DNA of 63,774 bases, counting the filler, from Octopus bimaculoides (Eukaryota): NCBI RefSeq assembly GCF_001194135.2. It is 7 parts of 7 records of this genome, joined end to end, with 100 filler letters (N's around TTAATTAATTAA, not from the genome) between each part and the next. Parts side by side here need not be neighbours in the genome. Positions count along the whole stretch, not along the records: positions 1 to 19,892 come from NC_069010.1; 6 more parts are not named here. The stretch is one strand, 5' to 3'. The translations under genes and the position numbers were made by a program. The notes below the pieces were generated by a model. The model saw only the letters and a list, made by a program, of their open reading frames with translations. It ran no database searches and was not told where the DNA came from. Shown one piece after another: positions 1 through 13,688 of the stretch. Each line of letters opens with the position of its first letter. Position 1 is the stretch's first letter.

Positions 1-150
1 GGCCTTGTGCCAAAATTTGAAACCGTTATTTATTATCGTTATTGTTGTTGTTGTTTCTAATCTTACAATTTTGAGAAGAAGGGTACTGGCCAATTAAATC
101 AACCCCAGTACTTAACTGGTACTGTCGATAAAATACAGGGGCGGGGAAGC

Positions 151-212
151 ACATACGCCATAGAAACCGGGAAACCGGGCCCATGAGCCTGGCTAGGCTT
201 TAAAAGGGCGCA
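151..212 (+). mobile_element. SINE tail T2 fragment
   Basis: Near-identical to 59029-59090. Confidence 0.75.
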
Positions 213-1814
213 AAAAGAAAAGAAAAGAAAAAGGAACGTCACAGAAATGACTGGACCTTCTGTGAACTTAGGGAAACATAATAATGATCATTACAATTCA
301 GCCTTCCTCCACCGAGTACTTGAAAGAGTAGTAGTGATCTGTTTCTGAAGTGCAACAACAGGCATTTCAAACTATATATCTTCTATCAACGTGTTTACAG
401 CGAATATGTACAAGAGATTGATTGATCGCACGCAAACGCAAGACATTGGACTTTCACCATAAATAGACTCAATGCTATGATATTGTTCAGCGTCGCAGGC
501 AGCTTGGCTGGTTTATATTCAGCGTATTTTGTTACTTAGTTTTCTGCTAGCTGATGGATCACGTCAGCGTTACACACCTTTCAAACACATGACAAATACG
601 TACTCAATTGGTTTCAAGAATAGGTTTCTTTTCTTACAAACACATGTACATCTATCTATCTATCTATCTATCTATATATGGAAGGTATTTTGGTCAGCAG
701 CTGAGGTTCATTTTTACTAAATGTAGATTTGATATATTGAAAGGTTAACGCCAAAAAGCTAGGAGAATATATAAAATGCCCCCTCCTTATTTTAGTGGTG
801 ACTTTCTCTTATAAGCTTTCCACCTAAAAAAAAAAAAAAAAAAAAAAAAATTGAAAGAAAGAAAGGAAGAAAAGATAGGCTGCTGCAAATTAGTCTACGC
901 AAAATCAGTGGCTGTAATAGGAATCTGCAATGCACTGAAATTGAAGTCGTTGCATATTCATCAAGGTTGTCTTATATATAAAGATACTGCAAGCTATTTT
1001 ACTGTCTGAGTGAGAGGGAAAAAAATCTCAGGCCTCGTCATGTGGCTTTTGACAAAAATAGCGTAAGAAAGAGAGAAGGAAAAGAAGAAAGGAAGGAAGG
1101 AAGAGGGCGAGAAAGAAATGAAAATACATAAACTTGCTGAAACTTTCCGTTTTCTGTTTTTGTTTTTTTTTTTTATTATTGCGAATGATTTTTAGAACCT
1201 TTTAAGAGTTTTGGAACATCAAGGACACGTTGGCTAGACGGGGAAAGCTTTACGAGGATACAAAAGAAAAAGTAAAGAAACGACAAAGTAAGTAGCATAA
1301 AAAGAGAAACTATGACACTAGCTTATCAACATACATGAGTGTGTATTGTGTATGTAAATATATATCTATATATATATATAATATATATATAAACTAAACA
1401 CTGGGATAGAGACATATCTACACACATATTCAAGTTTTATGCGCATTAACAAGCAAGTGTGTATTGATAGATACGGCTATGTTTTACTAGCCATTTTGAA
1501 ATATGCACTTGTGAGTCAGTTTCACGACGATGTGACCTTCAGACAACTTTGTGTTGTCTGGGCATCGCCCCGACGTGAAAACCTATTTATTTATTGGATG
1601 TTGTGTGTGTAACTGTCTTGAATTTTTTTTTTTTTTTTCTTTTTTAAGAAATGATTTTTTTTTCTTTTTTAAGAAATGATTTTTTTTCTGTATGTTTGTA
1701 CTGCTTTTTTTTATTTTACATAATCGCATATGAACCAATGAATAGGCATGCTCTCTCTCTCTCTCTCAGAGATAAACACACACACGTACATAGGCACACA
1801 AGCTCATGTGAATA

Positions 1815-2165
1815 GGCGCAGTGTGGCCGAACGGTTAAGAAATTCGTTACGTAATCACGAGTTGAGAAGCTCGTTCGTAGAGTATCATCTTGAGCAATTA
1901 TTTTCTATAGACTCAGGTAGTCCCATAGTCTGTGAGTGAAATTGTATTGACGGAAATTGCATAGAATCCCGTCGGCTAGATTGCTCTTGTAATCCAATGG
2001 GAATTAGTCTTGTAACGCACAGTATCACTCTGATTAAAATTGTTAATTGCGAGAGGGGTACACGTTCCACTTGAGTGTTGCTTCACCGCTTTGCACGCTT
2101 GTTAAAATGAGCAAGTTGTACATTTGATCGGACAACTGAATTCTCGTCGAAATCGACGAGGGACC
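1815..2165 (+). mobile_element. Old, diverged SINE: C-like head/body + T1-like tail
   Basis: cttgagcaa..ctatagactcagg..gtgagtgaaatt..gacggaaattg (C-like), then gggtacacgt..ttgcacg..ttgatcggacaactg (T1-like). Confidence 0.55.
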
Positions 2166-2235
2166 ATCCTCTCTCTCTTTCTCTTTGTCTCTCTCTTTTT
2201 CTCTCTCTCTCTCTCTTTTTCTCTCTCTCTTTCTT

Positions 2236-2268
<33 letters not shown>

Positions 2269-2949
2269 TTCTCTCTCTCTCTCTCTTTCTCTCTTTCTNN
2301 NNNNNNNNNNNNNNNNNNNNNNNNNNNNNNNNNNNNNNNNNNNNNNNNNNNNNNNNNNNNNNNNNNNNNNNNNNNNNNNNNNNNNNNNNNNNNNNNNNNN
2401 NNNNNNNNNNNNNNNNNNNNNNNNNNNNNNNNNNNNNNNNNNNNNNNNNNNNNNNNNNNNNNNNNNNNNNNNNNNNNNNNNNNNNNNNNNNNNNNNNNNN
2501 NNNNNNNNNNNNNNNNNNNNNNNNNNNNNNNNNNNNNNNNNNNNNNNNNNNNNNNNNNNNNNNNNNNNNNNNNNNNNNNNNNNNNNNNNNNNNNNNNNNN
2601 NNNNNNNNNNNNNNNNNNNNNNNNNNNNNNNNNNNNNNNNNNNNNNNNNNNNNNNNNNNNNNNNNNNNNNNNNNNNNNNNNNNNNNNNNNNNNNNNNNNN
2701 NNNNNNNNNNNNNNNNNNNNNNNNNNNNNNNNNNNNNNNNNNNNNNNNNNNNNNNNNNNNNNNNNNNNNNNNNNNNNNNNNNNNNNNNNNNNNNNNNNNN
2801 NNNNNNNNNNNNNNNNNNNNNNNNNNNNNNNNNNNNNNNNNNNNNNNNNNNNNNNNNNNNNNNNNNNNNNNNNNNNNNNNNNNNNNNNNNNNNNNNNNNN
2901 NNNNNNNNNNNNNNNNNNNNNNNNNNNNNNNNNNNNNNNNNNNNNNNNN

Positions 2950-2996
<47 letters not shown>

Positions 2997-4179
2997 TTAC
3001 GTACATACATACATGTTTGTGCGTGTTTGTGTGTGCAATGAAAATATAAATACTAACATTTAATGATGCACTTCAATATCTTATAAAACTCACTTAAATC
3101 GCTTTCAGAGAATAAAATGAGGAAAAAAAGTGCGGTAAAATATAGTAAAATATAGTCGAGTTTTTTTACTAAACTCTTACAGGCTGTGCCCCAGTATGGC
3201 CGCACTCCAATGCCTGATACAAGTAAAAGATGCAAGATATATGTAGGATATGTAAACGACTGAAATGTAATGTGTATGTGAATAATCCTTTGAGAATTGT
3301 TTTTGATGATGTAGAAGATACAATTCTTAACGCGAGAAGATTTCTGATACCGACTTCTGACTCATCAGGGATTTACGAGTTTATCTGTATGCATGTAAAT
3401 AGATCGCCGGTATGCACGCGTACGCTAACATATGTAAACGCCCTCATACTCTCACACGCATATATATTTACAGCAACAATCGTATCCAAAAATAACAACA
3501 TTAAAAATGTCGCAATTATAGGGGAAATTCCATAGTTTTCTGGTTGTACTTCCTAGAATAGAAACGCTGTATTCTCTAGAATACAAGAAAGAGATAGAGG
3601 GAGTGTTAGGAGAGGATGCCATCATTTATATTTTGGTAAGTTCTTGATCTAAAGTATCTAAATTTGGCATACACACAGTAAAGTAGGCCAACGCAAAATA
3701 CTGGCAGTGTCTGTTGAAATTGTGGAAGATGTAGACAGATTGTGACAAATTGCTTCTAAAATTGGTTACAATCAGAATAGAAAAGTATCCATCATTACAA
3801 CTGAAATAAACAGGTTTATTTATTGTCATTCTAATCTGTTTTCTTAGCTTACACAATAGTTCTCTCTCGAAGATACAGAAGTAGCTTAATATACATACAC
3901 ACAAGAGAGTTTATTGCGTTTAGAATATAACTACAGGGCATAATTCTTTATTGATATTAAGAGTAGCTCTGCAAACACCAGGTGAAGACAATGATATCCA
4001 GATTAGAAGCTCTTGAAAATGGATGTTGAGTTGTTCATGCATTTTCCAAGAGCCTTTCCAGGAGAAGCATTTAACATTACTTCTAGAGGAAACCGAAACA
4101 TACATATATATATATATATATATATACAGGACCTTATATAAACACATATGTATACAAACATATTTATATACATATATTT

Positions 4180-4257
<78 letters not shown>

Positions 4258-4539
4258 CACTAACACAGAAATTTACGATCAAACACACAAATACACGTAC
4301 AAACACGCGCATACACGCACATAGACGCACAAACTTACATATTACTTATATATTATATACACACAGCACCGCCTAAAATGTGTCTGCAGTTTTTGAACAT
4401 AGAGGTCGCCTCAGAAGTTCAGTGACCCGTATACAGAGTAAACACCATGAAATTTACTTAATGTTTGGTGAGATTTCCCCGTTGCTTTATAACAGCTAAT
4501 ATCCATCGGGGATTCGAATTATAAAATGATTTAATATAT

Positions 4540-5100
4540 TCTGGGGTGAGAGAAATCCATGTGACACGGAAAACAGCGAGCAAATTGTCGAAAGTCTTTG
4601 GGACGAAAACGTGATTAACAAAAAACGTCGGCAAATTCGAAAAACAGAAAGGGTTGGAGGAAAATGTGCAAAGGAGAGAGACTGGTTTGTGAGAAGGAAC
4701 GAAAGATAGACTAGAAGTTGCCTGACTGAAACCACGTTAGCAGTGATGTAGCTAGTGTGTGTGTGTTGCCGAGGCACCCTTGGGTTTGTGTCGCCTGCCT
4801 CACGCGTTACGCTCACTATACAAGCTTATAAAGCACTGCGCTTATAAAAGACTCGCGCAGGGTGAACCGCCTCGATCACCCTCCAGCTACACTACTGCAT
4901 CTTATGAAGAGAGAGAGAGAGAGAGAGGGGGGTGGAAGGCGAGAGAGAAATCGAGGAGGAGAGTACGAAGTATTCATTAATGTCGGTGTTCGAGGTGGCT
5001 CCTTGAGTAAGGATAAGATATACCTCTGCAATTCCGAGTGAAAGCCGAACCGTGGCGGAAAGCGAAGTTCAGTTAGTGTCCTGGTGAATTAAAATTTCTG
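4540..5100. promoter_or_regulatory. CpG-rich, promoter-like segment, gene unassigned
   Basis: Local CpG enrichment against an AT-rich background; TATA-like elements at about 4827 and 4843 readable in both directions; TCAGT Inr-like motif on minus near 4728. Confidence 0.35.
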
Positions 5101-5979
5101 TCTTCGTATCTGGATATTGTTCGAGTATTATGAGGAACATTGAAGTAACTGTGCTAGCGTTCACAAACAAAATCTTTCAATTTCATTTCATCCATGCATC
5201 AAGATTGTTAAAGTTTCCATTGTTTGAGGTCCAATGAAATAGGCCGATTGCTTAGAATTATATCGCTCTGACGAGTATGAGTGTATTCAACAGAACTCTA
5301 CCTGATCTAATAGAAATAGCAGCTAAGTCCAGCTTAAACCAAACCATACCATCTTTAAAGTAGGAAGGACATTTGATAATGTAATCCTTAATGCCTCTAA
5401 TCAGGAGGGTTGCCTTTGATCGTAGATTTTTCTCGATCACAGTTGAATTTCGACTAAACAACAACGAGCCTAAACCATAATAAGTGATGAATGCCAGATC
5501 ATATACACATCTTTATGGCATTCAATCAGATTCATTGAACATAGATGAACTTCGTTTGATGTTCTGTACACCAACACATAACGTTACTGTCATTATAACT
5601 TTCTTTATAAAATATGTTTTTCTAACCGTCGTTTATTTACATAGTTATTCTCTAAACACTTGTCAATGGTTTGCTTTACTTCCTGTAAACCATCCAATGT
5701 TTACTTCCGCCTTACACATCTCTTTACAATTATTTGTTATTCTAAAAACAGTTTTTTTTCCCCCACATTCATACGATGTTTCCCATATTTCCATCAAATT
5801 CACTTCTATTGTCCGGCAATCAATTTCCACCGGTTGATTTCACAATTCTAACCAGCTGGCAGTCAAACCAGCGGATGATCTCTCTCGGAAGATTGATTCG
5901 TTTCCTATCGTTTGGCAAACATCGCTTCTATGTACAATCATAGGTACTTGTATAAATAACAATGAACGTGATGTTTATT

Positions 5980-6045
<66 letters not shown>

Positions 6046-6258
6046 TGATAGCTTTGAGAAAAGTTTGTTTTCAATTCTTATTAACGCCAGTTTTAAAACG
6101 TCACTGTCGGTTCTTATCAACAATATTGCGCTTTTTATTTTATTTCCCTATATCTTACTAAAATTTATTTGATGTGCTACGAAGTATGGAAACGAACTCA
6201 CAAAAGAAAAAAGAGCATTATATGCCGATATACTTTCATTGATAACATATTACCTAAA

Positions 6259-6435
6259 AATTCAAAGGGTCAGCCTTGTCACACTGTGTCACGCTGAATA
6301 TCCCCGAGAACTACGTTAAGGGTACACGTGTCTGTGGAGTGCTCAGCCACTTGCACGTTAATTTCACGAGCAGGCTGTTCCGTTGACCGGATCAACTGGA
6401 ACCCTCAACGTCGTAAGCGACGGAGTGCCAACAAC
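6259..6435 (+). mobile_element. 5'-truncated SINE, tail T1 only
   Basis: ttcaaagggtcagccttgtcacact...acggagtgccaacaac matches T1. Confidence 0.85.
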
Positions 6436-6664
6436 CTAAAAAACAAAATGTAACGGTGTATGGCCTGAAGAAGTAACACTTTATGAAAGCATGATCTTCC
6501 ATAATGTTATATGACCTTACATACTGTTACATACCAAAGTATAAGATGTGCTCTGTTCTAATTTAAAATTTGCTACGGAAACATATGTAGTGACACCCAA
6601 ACTACGGATTCGTTTCATCCTTAATACTACTCTGATAAAGGTGTATATAAGCGCTATACCTGTT

Positions 6665-6890
6665 GGAGGCGCATGGCTTAGTGGTTAGGGTGTTGGACTC
6701 ATGACCGTAAAATTGTGATTTCGATTCCTGTACCGGGCAATGAATTGTATTATTGGACAAAACACTTCATTTTATGTTGTTCCAGACTATTCAGCTGGCA
6801 AAAATGATTAATCCTGCGACTGACCGGAGTCCCATCTAGGGAGGGAGGATATATACGCCACGGAATCTGGGAAACCGGCCCTATGAGTCG
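6665..6890 (+). mobile_element. SINE head B (CORE-like centre) + tail T2-like
   Basis: tRNA-like head ggaggcgcatggcttagtggttaggg, central ...aacacttcattttatgttgttccag..cagctggcaaaaatga, tail atacgccacggaatctgggaaaccggccc. Confidence 0.75.
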
Positions 6891-7156
6891 AGAAAGAGCT
6901 TTCTTCTTCTTACCTTCCTCAATTACACTTAAACAGAATATTTGCGTTTTATGGTCAAGCTTCTAGGGGACAATGCATTTTCTTTTCATTTCATCACGTG
7001 ACAGTGGTTGATTGGTTCTGTGTGTGCGTGTATATATATATTGTCTTTTATTCAGTTTTGCTTTGTCCCTGTCAGCTGCTTCATCTCTCACCTTCTTAGC
7101 AACGTCTGACTCTTCTTTCGCTCCGTTGCTGTGTGTGTACCATTGTTACACATTCT

Positions 7157-7417
7157 CCAGTTATGGACTGGACTGTGTTGTGTTCTTGAACAAGACACTT
7201 TATTTCACGTTGCTCCTGTTCACTCAGCTGGCGCCGAGCTGTATCAGCCTTAGCCTTTCTTCCCCTTGGATAACATTAGTCGCATGGAGAGGGTAGGCTA
7301 GTATGCATGGGCGACTGCTGGTCTTCCGTAGACAACCTTGCCCAGACTTGTACATCGGAGGGTAACTTTCTAGGTGCAATCCTAAGATCATTCATGATTG
7401 AAGTGGAGTCCTTACCC
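7157..7417 (+). mobile_element. SINE B centre + tail T3, 5'-truncated
   Basis: Collinear similarity to 61700-61972. Confidence 0.75.
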
Positions 7418-10074
7418 TATTTGCCAATCTTGCTCGAAATATGATTGATATTTCCTCCACCATTCCTCCCAATTCTTGTTTTCATTCCTGAACTTACACA
7501 CTCATACATTCTCATACACGCACATCATTTACACGACAAATTCAATTCGATAAATCATAATCTTTTAAAACGGTTGACGTAAATTTACGCACACAATGTA
7601 CTCGCATTAAATCACGATTACTGTTGCTGCGCACAGACATCCGAATGAATCACCGCCGTAGACTGGTTAATACGTAATCAAAATTGACATTTTGCGTGCG
7701 TTTGTATATAAGATGGAGAGCTGTGAGTAATATTTTTTAACTATATAAATGTGTAGGACTATATATTTTATATGTGTATGTTTATATGTTTATCGATGAC
7801 GTACACAGGCACACATTCGTGTCGCCAAAATAATACTGCGTGTGTCTGTCATATCATCGCAACCCGGATGTCATCCATTACTTACTATTGCAATGAATTT
7901 TACGGAGAAAGAGATGAGTGTTTCCTAGTAATCAACGAATACTTTCATTATACTTACTTCGCCTGTATTGTGCACGTGGGTGCATGTGAAGGCGTAGGGT
8001 GGATTTTCTGTTGTAGAAATAACGTGATATTCTTTAAAGTTCATTTCTTAGAAATTCCATCATAAACACATCCATTTTACTTATTTGTTTATCTTAAATT
8101 CGTATATGAGCTAAACAACCAGAAGGGACAATTTGGGAATCCCCAATGCGTACGAGCGAAATCTGCTGCTGTGAAACATTTGAGACACCATATAGCATAA
8201 AGAGAAAACTTGTGAAATTTACTGGAATAATTTACTTTCTCTATCCTCGAAATACTAAAAGANNNNNNNNNNNNNNNNNNNNNNNNNNNNNNNNNNNNNN
8301 NNNNNNNNNNNNNNNNNNNNNNNNNNNNNNNNNNNNNNNNNNNNNNNNNNNNNNNNNNNNNNNNNNNNNNNNNNNNNNNNNNNNNNNNNNNNNNNNNNNN
8401 NNNNNNNNNNNNNNNNNNNNNNNNNNNNNNNNNNNNNNNNNNNNNNNNNNNNNNNNNNNNNNNNNNNNNNNNNNNNNNNNNNNNNNNNNNNNNNNNNNNN
8501 NNNNNNNNNNNNNNNNNNNNNNNNNNNNNNNNNNNNNNNNNNNNNNNNNNNNNNNNNNNNNNNNNNNNNNNNNNNNNNNNNNNNNNNNNNNNNNNNNNNN
8601 NNNNNNNNNNNNNNNNNNNNNNNNNNNNNNNNNNNNNNNNNNNNNNNNNNNNNNNNNNNNNNNNNNNNNNNNNNNNNNNNNNNNNNNNNNNNNNNNNNNN
8701 NNNNNNNNNNNNNNNNNNNNNNNNNNNNNNNNNNNNNNNNNNNNNNNNNNNNNNNNNNNNNNNNNNNNNNNNNNNNNNNNNNNNNNNNNNNNNNNNNNNN
8801 NNNNNNNNNNNNNNNNNNNNNNNNNNNNNNNNNNNNNNNNNNNNNNNNNNNNNNNNNNNNNNNNNNNNNNNNNNNNNNNNNNNNNNNNNNNNNNNNNNNN
8901 NNNNNNNNNNNNNNNNNNNNNNNNNNNNNNNNNNNNNNNNNNNNNNNNNNNNNNNNNNNNNNNNNNNNNNNNNNNNNNNNNNNNNNNNNNNNNNNNNNNN
9001 NNNNNNNNNNNNNNNNNNNNNNNNNNNNNNNNNNNNNNNNNNNNNNNNNNNNNNNNNNNNNNNNNNNNNNNNNNNNNNNNNNNNNNNNNNNNNNNNNNNN
9101 NNNNNNNNNNNNNNNNNNNNNNNNNNNNNNNNNNNNNNNNNNNNNNNNNNNNNNNNNNNNNNNNNNNNNNNNNNNNNNNNNNTATATATATATATATGGA
9201 TCAAAACAGTTTGATTCAGATTTGTTGGTACTCTTGAGTTTCAAGCGTGACGCTAGTCGTCAGCCATTTTGAATTTGAATTAAAAGTGGCTGACGACTAG
9301 CATACATGTAACTCCAAATAAATTTGGTTGTGTGCCCTTCTTTTGTTTGCTTATTCACTCGTATACACACACATACACTCACACACACACACACACACAT
9401 ACACTCACACACACACATCCATACACAAACATATATTCATCCATATATATGTGTGAGTGAGTGTGTGTGTGTGCGTGTGTGTGTGTGTGTATAAATGTAA
9501 GATCCAGAGGTCGAGGTATAGAAAGAAAATTAGCTTTTATATGTATATATGTATATATATATGTATGTGTGTGTGTGTGTGTGTGTTTGTACATGTATGT
9601 ATATATATAGACATTCATACACCTACAACATATACGTACATACACACACCTATTGTAGTCCTGCATAGTAAATACACGATATAAGTAAGAATGGAATATT
9701 TCATTCAGAATTTCTTGTCAGCTATGTTCCGCCGCCCTTTTAAATAACGAATTAAATTAGATGAGGAAACACTCCCTGTAAACCGGATATAAAAGTTCAT
9801 TAAAAATGTTAAGCCGATATCTAATAAACTCTATCCTAGCGACTTATTAATGGAATCCTCTTCCTCAAACTCAGCTACATATGTGACGCTGTCATATTAC
9901 CTGACACGCCAGCCATATTGTCGTATCAAAAACGATCGCCGCCTCTGTGTCTATATAAATGTGTGTAGTTACGTATGTAAATATGTATACATGTATCTCT
10001 AATCCTGTTTTCACTTCTCCCTTTCTCACACTTTCGATCTAAATCTCTCTATATATCAAACTATTTCTCTGTCA

Positions 10075-10151
<77 letters not shown>
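10075..10151. repeat. (TCTA)n microsatellite
   Basis: Directly visible. Confidence 0.95.
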
Positions 10152-10152
<1 letters not shown>

Positions 10153-11181
10153 ATATAATTGTACTGATTAATAGAAATATCTTCCATCTCTCCCGTTATA
10201 TNNNNNNNNNNNNNNNNNNNNNNNNNNNNNNNNNNNNNNNNNNNNNNNNNNNNNNNNNNNNNNNNNNNNNNNNNNNNNNNNNNNNNNNNNNNNNNNNNNN
10301 NNNNNNNNNNNNNNNNNNNNNNNNNNNNNNNNNNNNNNNNNNNNNNNNNNNNNNNNNNNNNNNNNNNNNNNNATATATATAAGGGTAAGGTCGATATTTA
10401 AATATCGATTTTATCAAGTGGCCAGCATCGTAATAAAAACCATCAAAAGGTAACAATTATTTAAAATTATAATTTAGGGTATCTAAGAGGTACCGCCACG
10501 TTGAATATAGCAGCCAAATCTTGACTCTAAACCACAATAAAATGTTCATATAGCACCAGGACAGAAGACGAAGAGACAAAATAAACTAGCAAAAATTACT
10601 CGATAATTCCAGATCCCGGATTTCTGGCTCTGCATAAGAAATGCTTTGCTTCATCAGTGGAGTATACACAGAAAACTTTACATAATTGTAAATAATTATA
10701 TATAGTGACGTCATAAGCCTTCGACTTTTTCTATCCAAAGGGCATTTTAACCCAATGTTTACACGCTGTTATTTATAGCTTTATCTGTTTCGAGTTTCAG
10801 TTCTCAAAATGTTTCTTAATTATGCTTATTCTCTTGAGATTGCACAGTTCCTCAGTAGTTATTGCCCATGGGATCTTATCGAGCATTGCGAATAAATTAT
10901 ATTTCATTGCCAGGAAACTCTGCTACAATTAGTGGATGCATAAACTAATAATCTATTTTAGAACATTTATTCTCAGAAGAATATTTCTGGTTTGGTTTTG
11001 GTTAGTTATATATAGAACGATGTAGGCGGAATTAACAGACGGCGAAGAAGGAAGAAAACTAACCAATTAATAAATTAAGATAGGAGAAAAGTGAAATAAG
11101 TGAATCAACAATTTGTATGAAGCAAAATTTTCGGCAGATAGTTACCTAATTAATCTTCAATTAGGCTGTAGAGACATCATC

Positions 11182-11437
11182 GTTGTCGTGGAACTCGGTC
11201 GGTTACGACGACGAGGGTTCCAGTTGATCCGATCAACGGAACAGCCTGCTCGTGAAATTAGTGCAAGTGGCTGAGCACTCCACAGACATGTGTACCCTTA
11301 ACGTAGTTCTTGGGGAGATTCTGTGTGACACAGAGTGTGACAAGGCTGGCCCCTTTGAAATACAGGTACAACAGAAACAGGAAGAAAGAGAGAGAGAGAG
11401 AAAGTTGTGGTGAAAGAGTACAGCAGGGGTCGCCACC
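11182..11437 (-). mobile_element. SINE A+T1, 3' part (head in gap)
   Basis: Reverse complement of the T1 tail and A body; runs into N at 11438. Confidence 0.88.
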
Positions 11438-11785
11438 NNNNNNNNNNNNNNNNNNNNNNNNNNNNNNNNNNNNNNNNNNNNNNNNNNNNNNNNNNNNNNN
11501 NNNNNNNNNNNNNNNNNNNNNNNNNNNNNNNNNNNNNNNNNNNNNNNNNNNNNNNNNNNNNNNNNNNNNNNNNNNNNNNNNNNNNNNNNNNNNNNNNNNN
11601 NNNNNNNNNNNNNNNNNNNNNNNNNNNNNNNNNNNNNNNNNNNNNNNNNNNNNNNNNNNNNNNNNNNNNNNNNNNNNNNNNNNNNNNNNNNNNNNNNNNN
11701 NNNNNNNNNNNNNNNNNNNNNNNNNNNNNNNNNNNNNNNNNNNNNNNNNNNNNNNNNNNNNNNNNNNNNNNNNNNNNNNNNNNNN

Positions 11786-11863
<78 letters not shown>

Positions 11864-13488
11864 CAGAGAGAGCGCATGCGTGTGTATTTGGTTTTGTGAA
11901 AACTGGAAGTGTAGGATCTATATTATTTTGGGTGCTATTGTAGTAAAAGACGCAAACATGTAGATTATTCTGGAATGTTGGTTCTGACCCTGAATTTCTT
12001 TCAGGTGAGTGAAGTTCAGAAAACTTGTTAAGGTAGGTAGTTGCAGACGTGTTGTTCTATAGTTACATCAAATTTAGCTGCGTTTTTCATTTATCAACAG
12101 ACCGATGCATTACAATTAACACAACCATAAAGTTTGCATACAAACATATCGAAGGATGTTTACACACAACCAGGATTTTATAATGAGTTCTGTTTTTAGT
12201 TTCTTTTGATGTCAAATATTTATTTACCGTATTTGATGGCATAGAAGGCTCACAGGCGTGAAAAGAAACCCCTCCCTCGATTTCTGCAGGGAATTGTAAA
12301 AAAAAGAAGTTTTTGTGTATTTAAGCATTTAATGTTTATTGATGTATGTAGCTATAGTAGTTAGAAACAAACAAACGGGGGAGTACGATAAAAAAGAGAA
12401 TAATAATAACTTGGACGTAACATGCCACCAGGACAGCAAGAAAAATATATTTTTAAATAATAATCTTGTAATTTACAAGAGAAAACAAAAACAGCTTAAC
12501 TATAACAGAAAACATTTTATAACAACAAGCTACCAGTAGAGATGAAAATACCGGTAAATCAGGAAATTAGACAAGCAGGATAGTCATTTACAGTAGAAAT
12601 ATCACAGATGAATGCAATAAAATATAGCAAGTAAAACAAAAGCGCCTTGGCTAAAGCGGAAAACATTTTATATAAAGAAAGTTACCAATCTAGTTTAGTA
12701 GAAGCAGGAAATCAGATGAAGGACATTCATTTACAGTGAAAATATTATATTCTACGTTGATAGTTATCAACCTTTTGTAGTTTGGCACCCGCTTTACAGA
12801 ATGTTGTTTACAAACGCCCCCATCCTATGTTGTCGTTTTACGAACTTTCACTTCTAGTGTTGGGGTTTAAAGAAACGCGCTTAAAAAACACAACTACTGA
12901 TATCATATTAATTGTAATTTAATGATAAATATATAAGTAAATAAATTTGATTATTTTAATCAAAGCGAAGCTAATCTTGTATAATGGTTTATTATCTATG
13001 TTCATATTCTGTTCCATCCAGTATAAGTCTCTTTTTTGATAATTGCGTAGATTATAATGTCCTGCGTTCAAATATATGTAGAAATTATTAAAGACAGCAA
13101 GAACTTATAATGAAATTATATTCGGCTTTGGCACATTATCAGTCATGCTTCTGCTCACAGATAATATAGTCGAATTCCGACATTATTTTGAAAATGTGTT
13201 TAGAATATAAGTATTGTAACCAGGTTAAATATTTTTATCTCTAAGAAATATTACGACTTCACTAACCACCCAGTGCTTCCGATAGCAACCTCTTAACATT
13301 TGGCCCTCCCTTGTGAACTTGCTATGTCTCAAGAAGGTGCTGCCGCCAAAGTTACAAGTTAATACGCTTCATGAATATAGTACCAAGACATTGCACAAGA
13401 AACCAAATCAGTTTAATCATAACGCAAAGCGTTTTATCGGAAAGCAATCTATTAGTGTGATTGCTTGTTAATGTGATGAGATGTGTAT

Positions 13489-13688
13489 GGGCAGCGGGCT
13501 GGCAGAATCGTTCGCACGCCGAGCAAAATGCTTAGCGGCATTTCGTCCGTCTTCACATTCCGGGTTTAAATTCTGCTGAGGTCGACTTTGCCTTTCACCT
13601 TCTCGGGGTCAATGAAATATGTACCAGTTTGCCACTGGGATCGATGTAGTCGACTTACGCTGGTCTTGTACCAGAATTTGAAACCAAG
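13489..13688 (+). mobile_element. SINE family D
   Basis: gctggcagaatcgttcgcacgccg...gaggtcgactttgcctttcaccttctcggggtc...; the centre resembles the Meta/MESC-type domain as recalled (unverified). Confidence 0.8.

Noticed and set aside
8135-8144. Perfect NF-kB-type site GGGAATCCCC
   Set aside because: A single 10-mer without supporting context is expected by chance at this scale.
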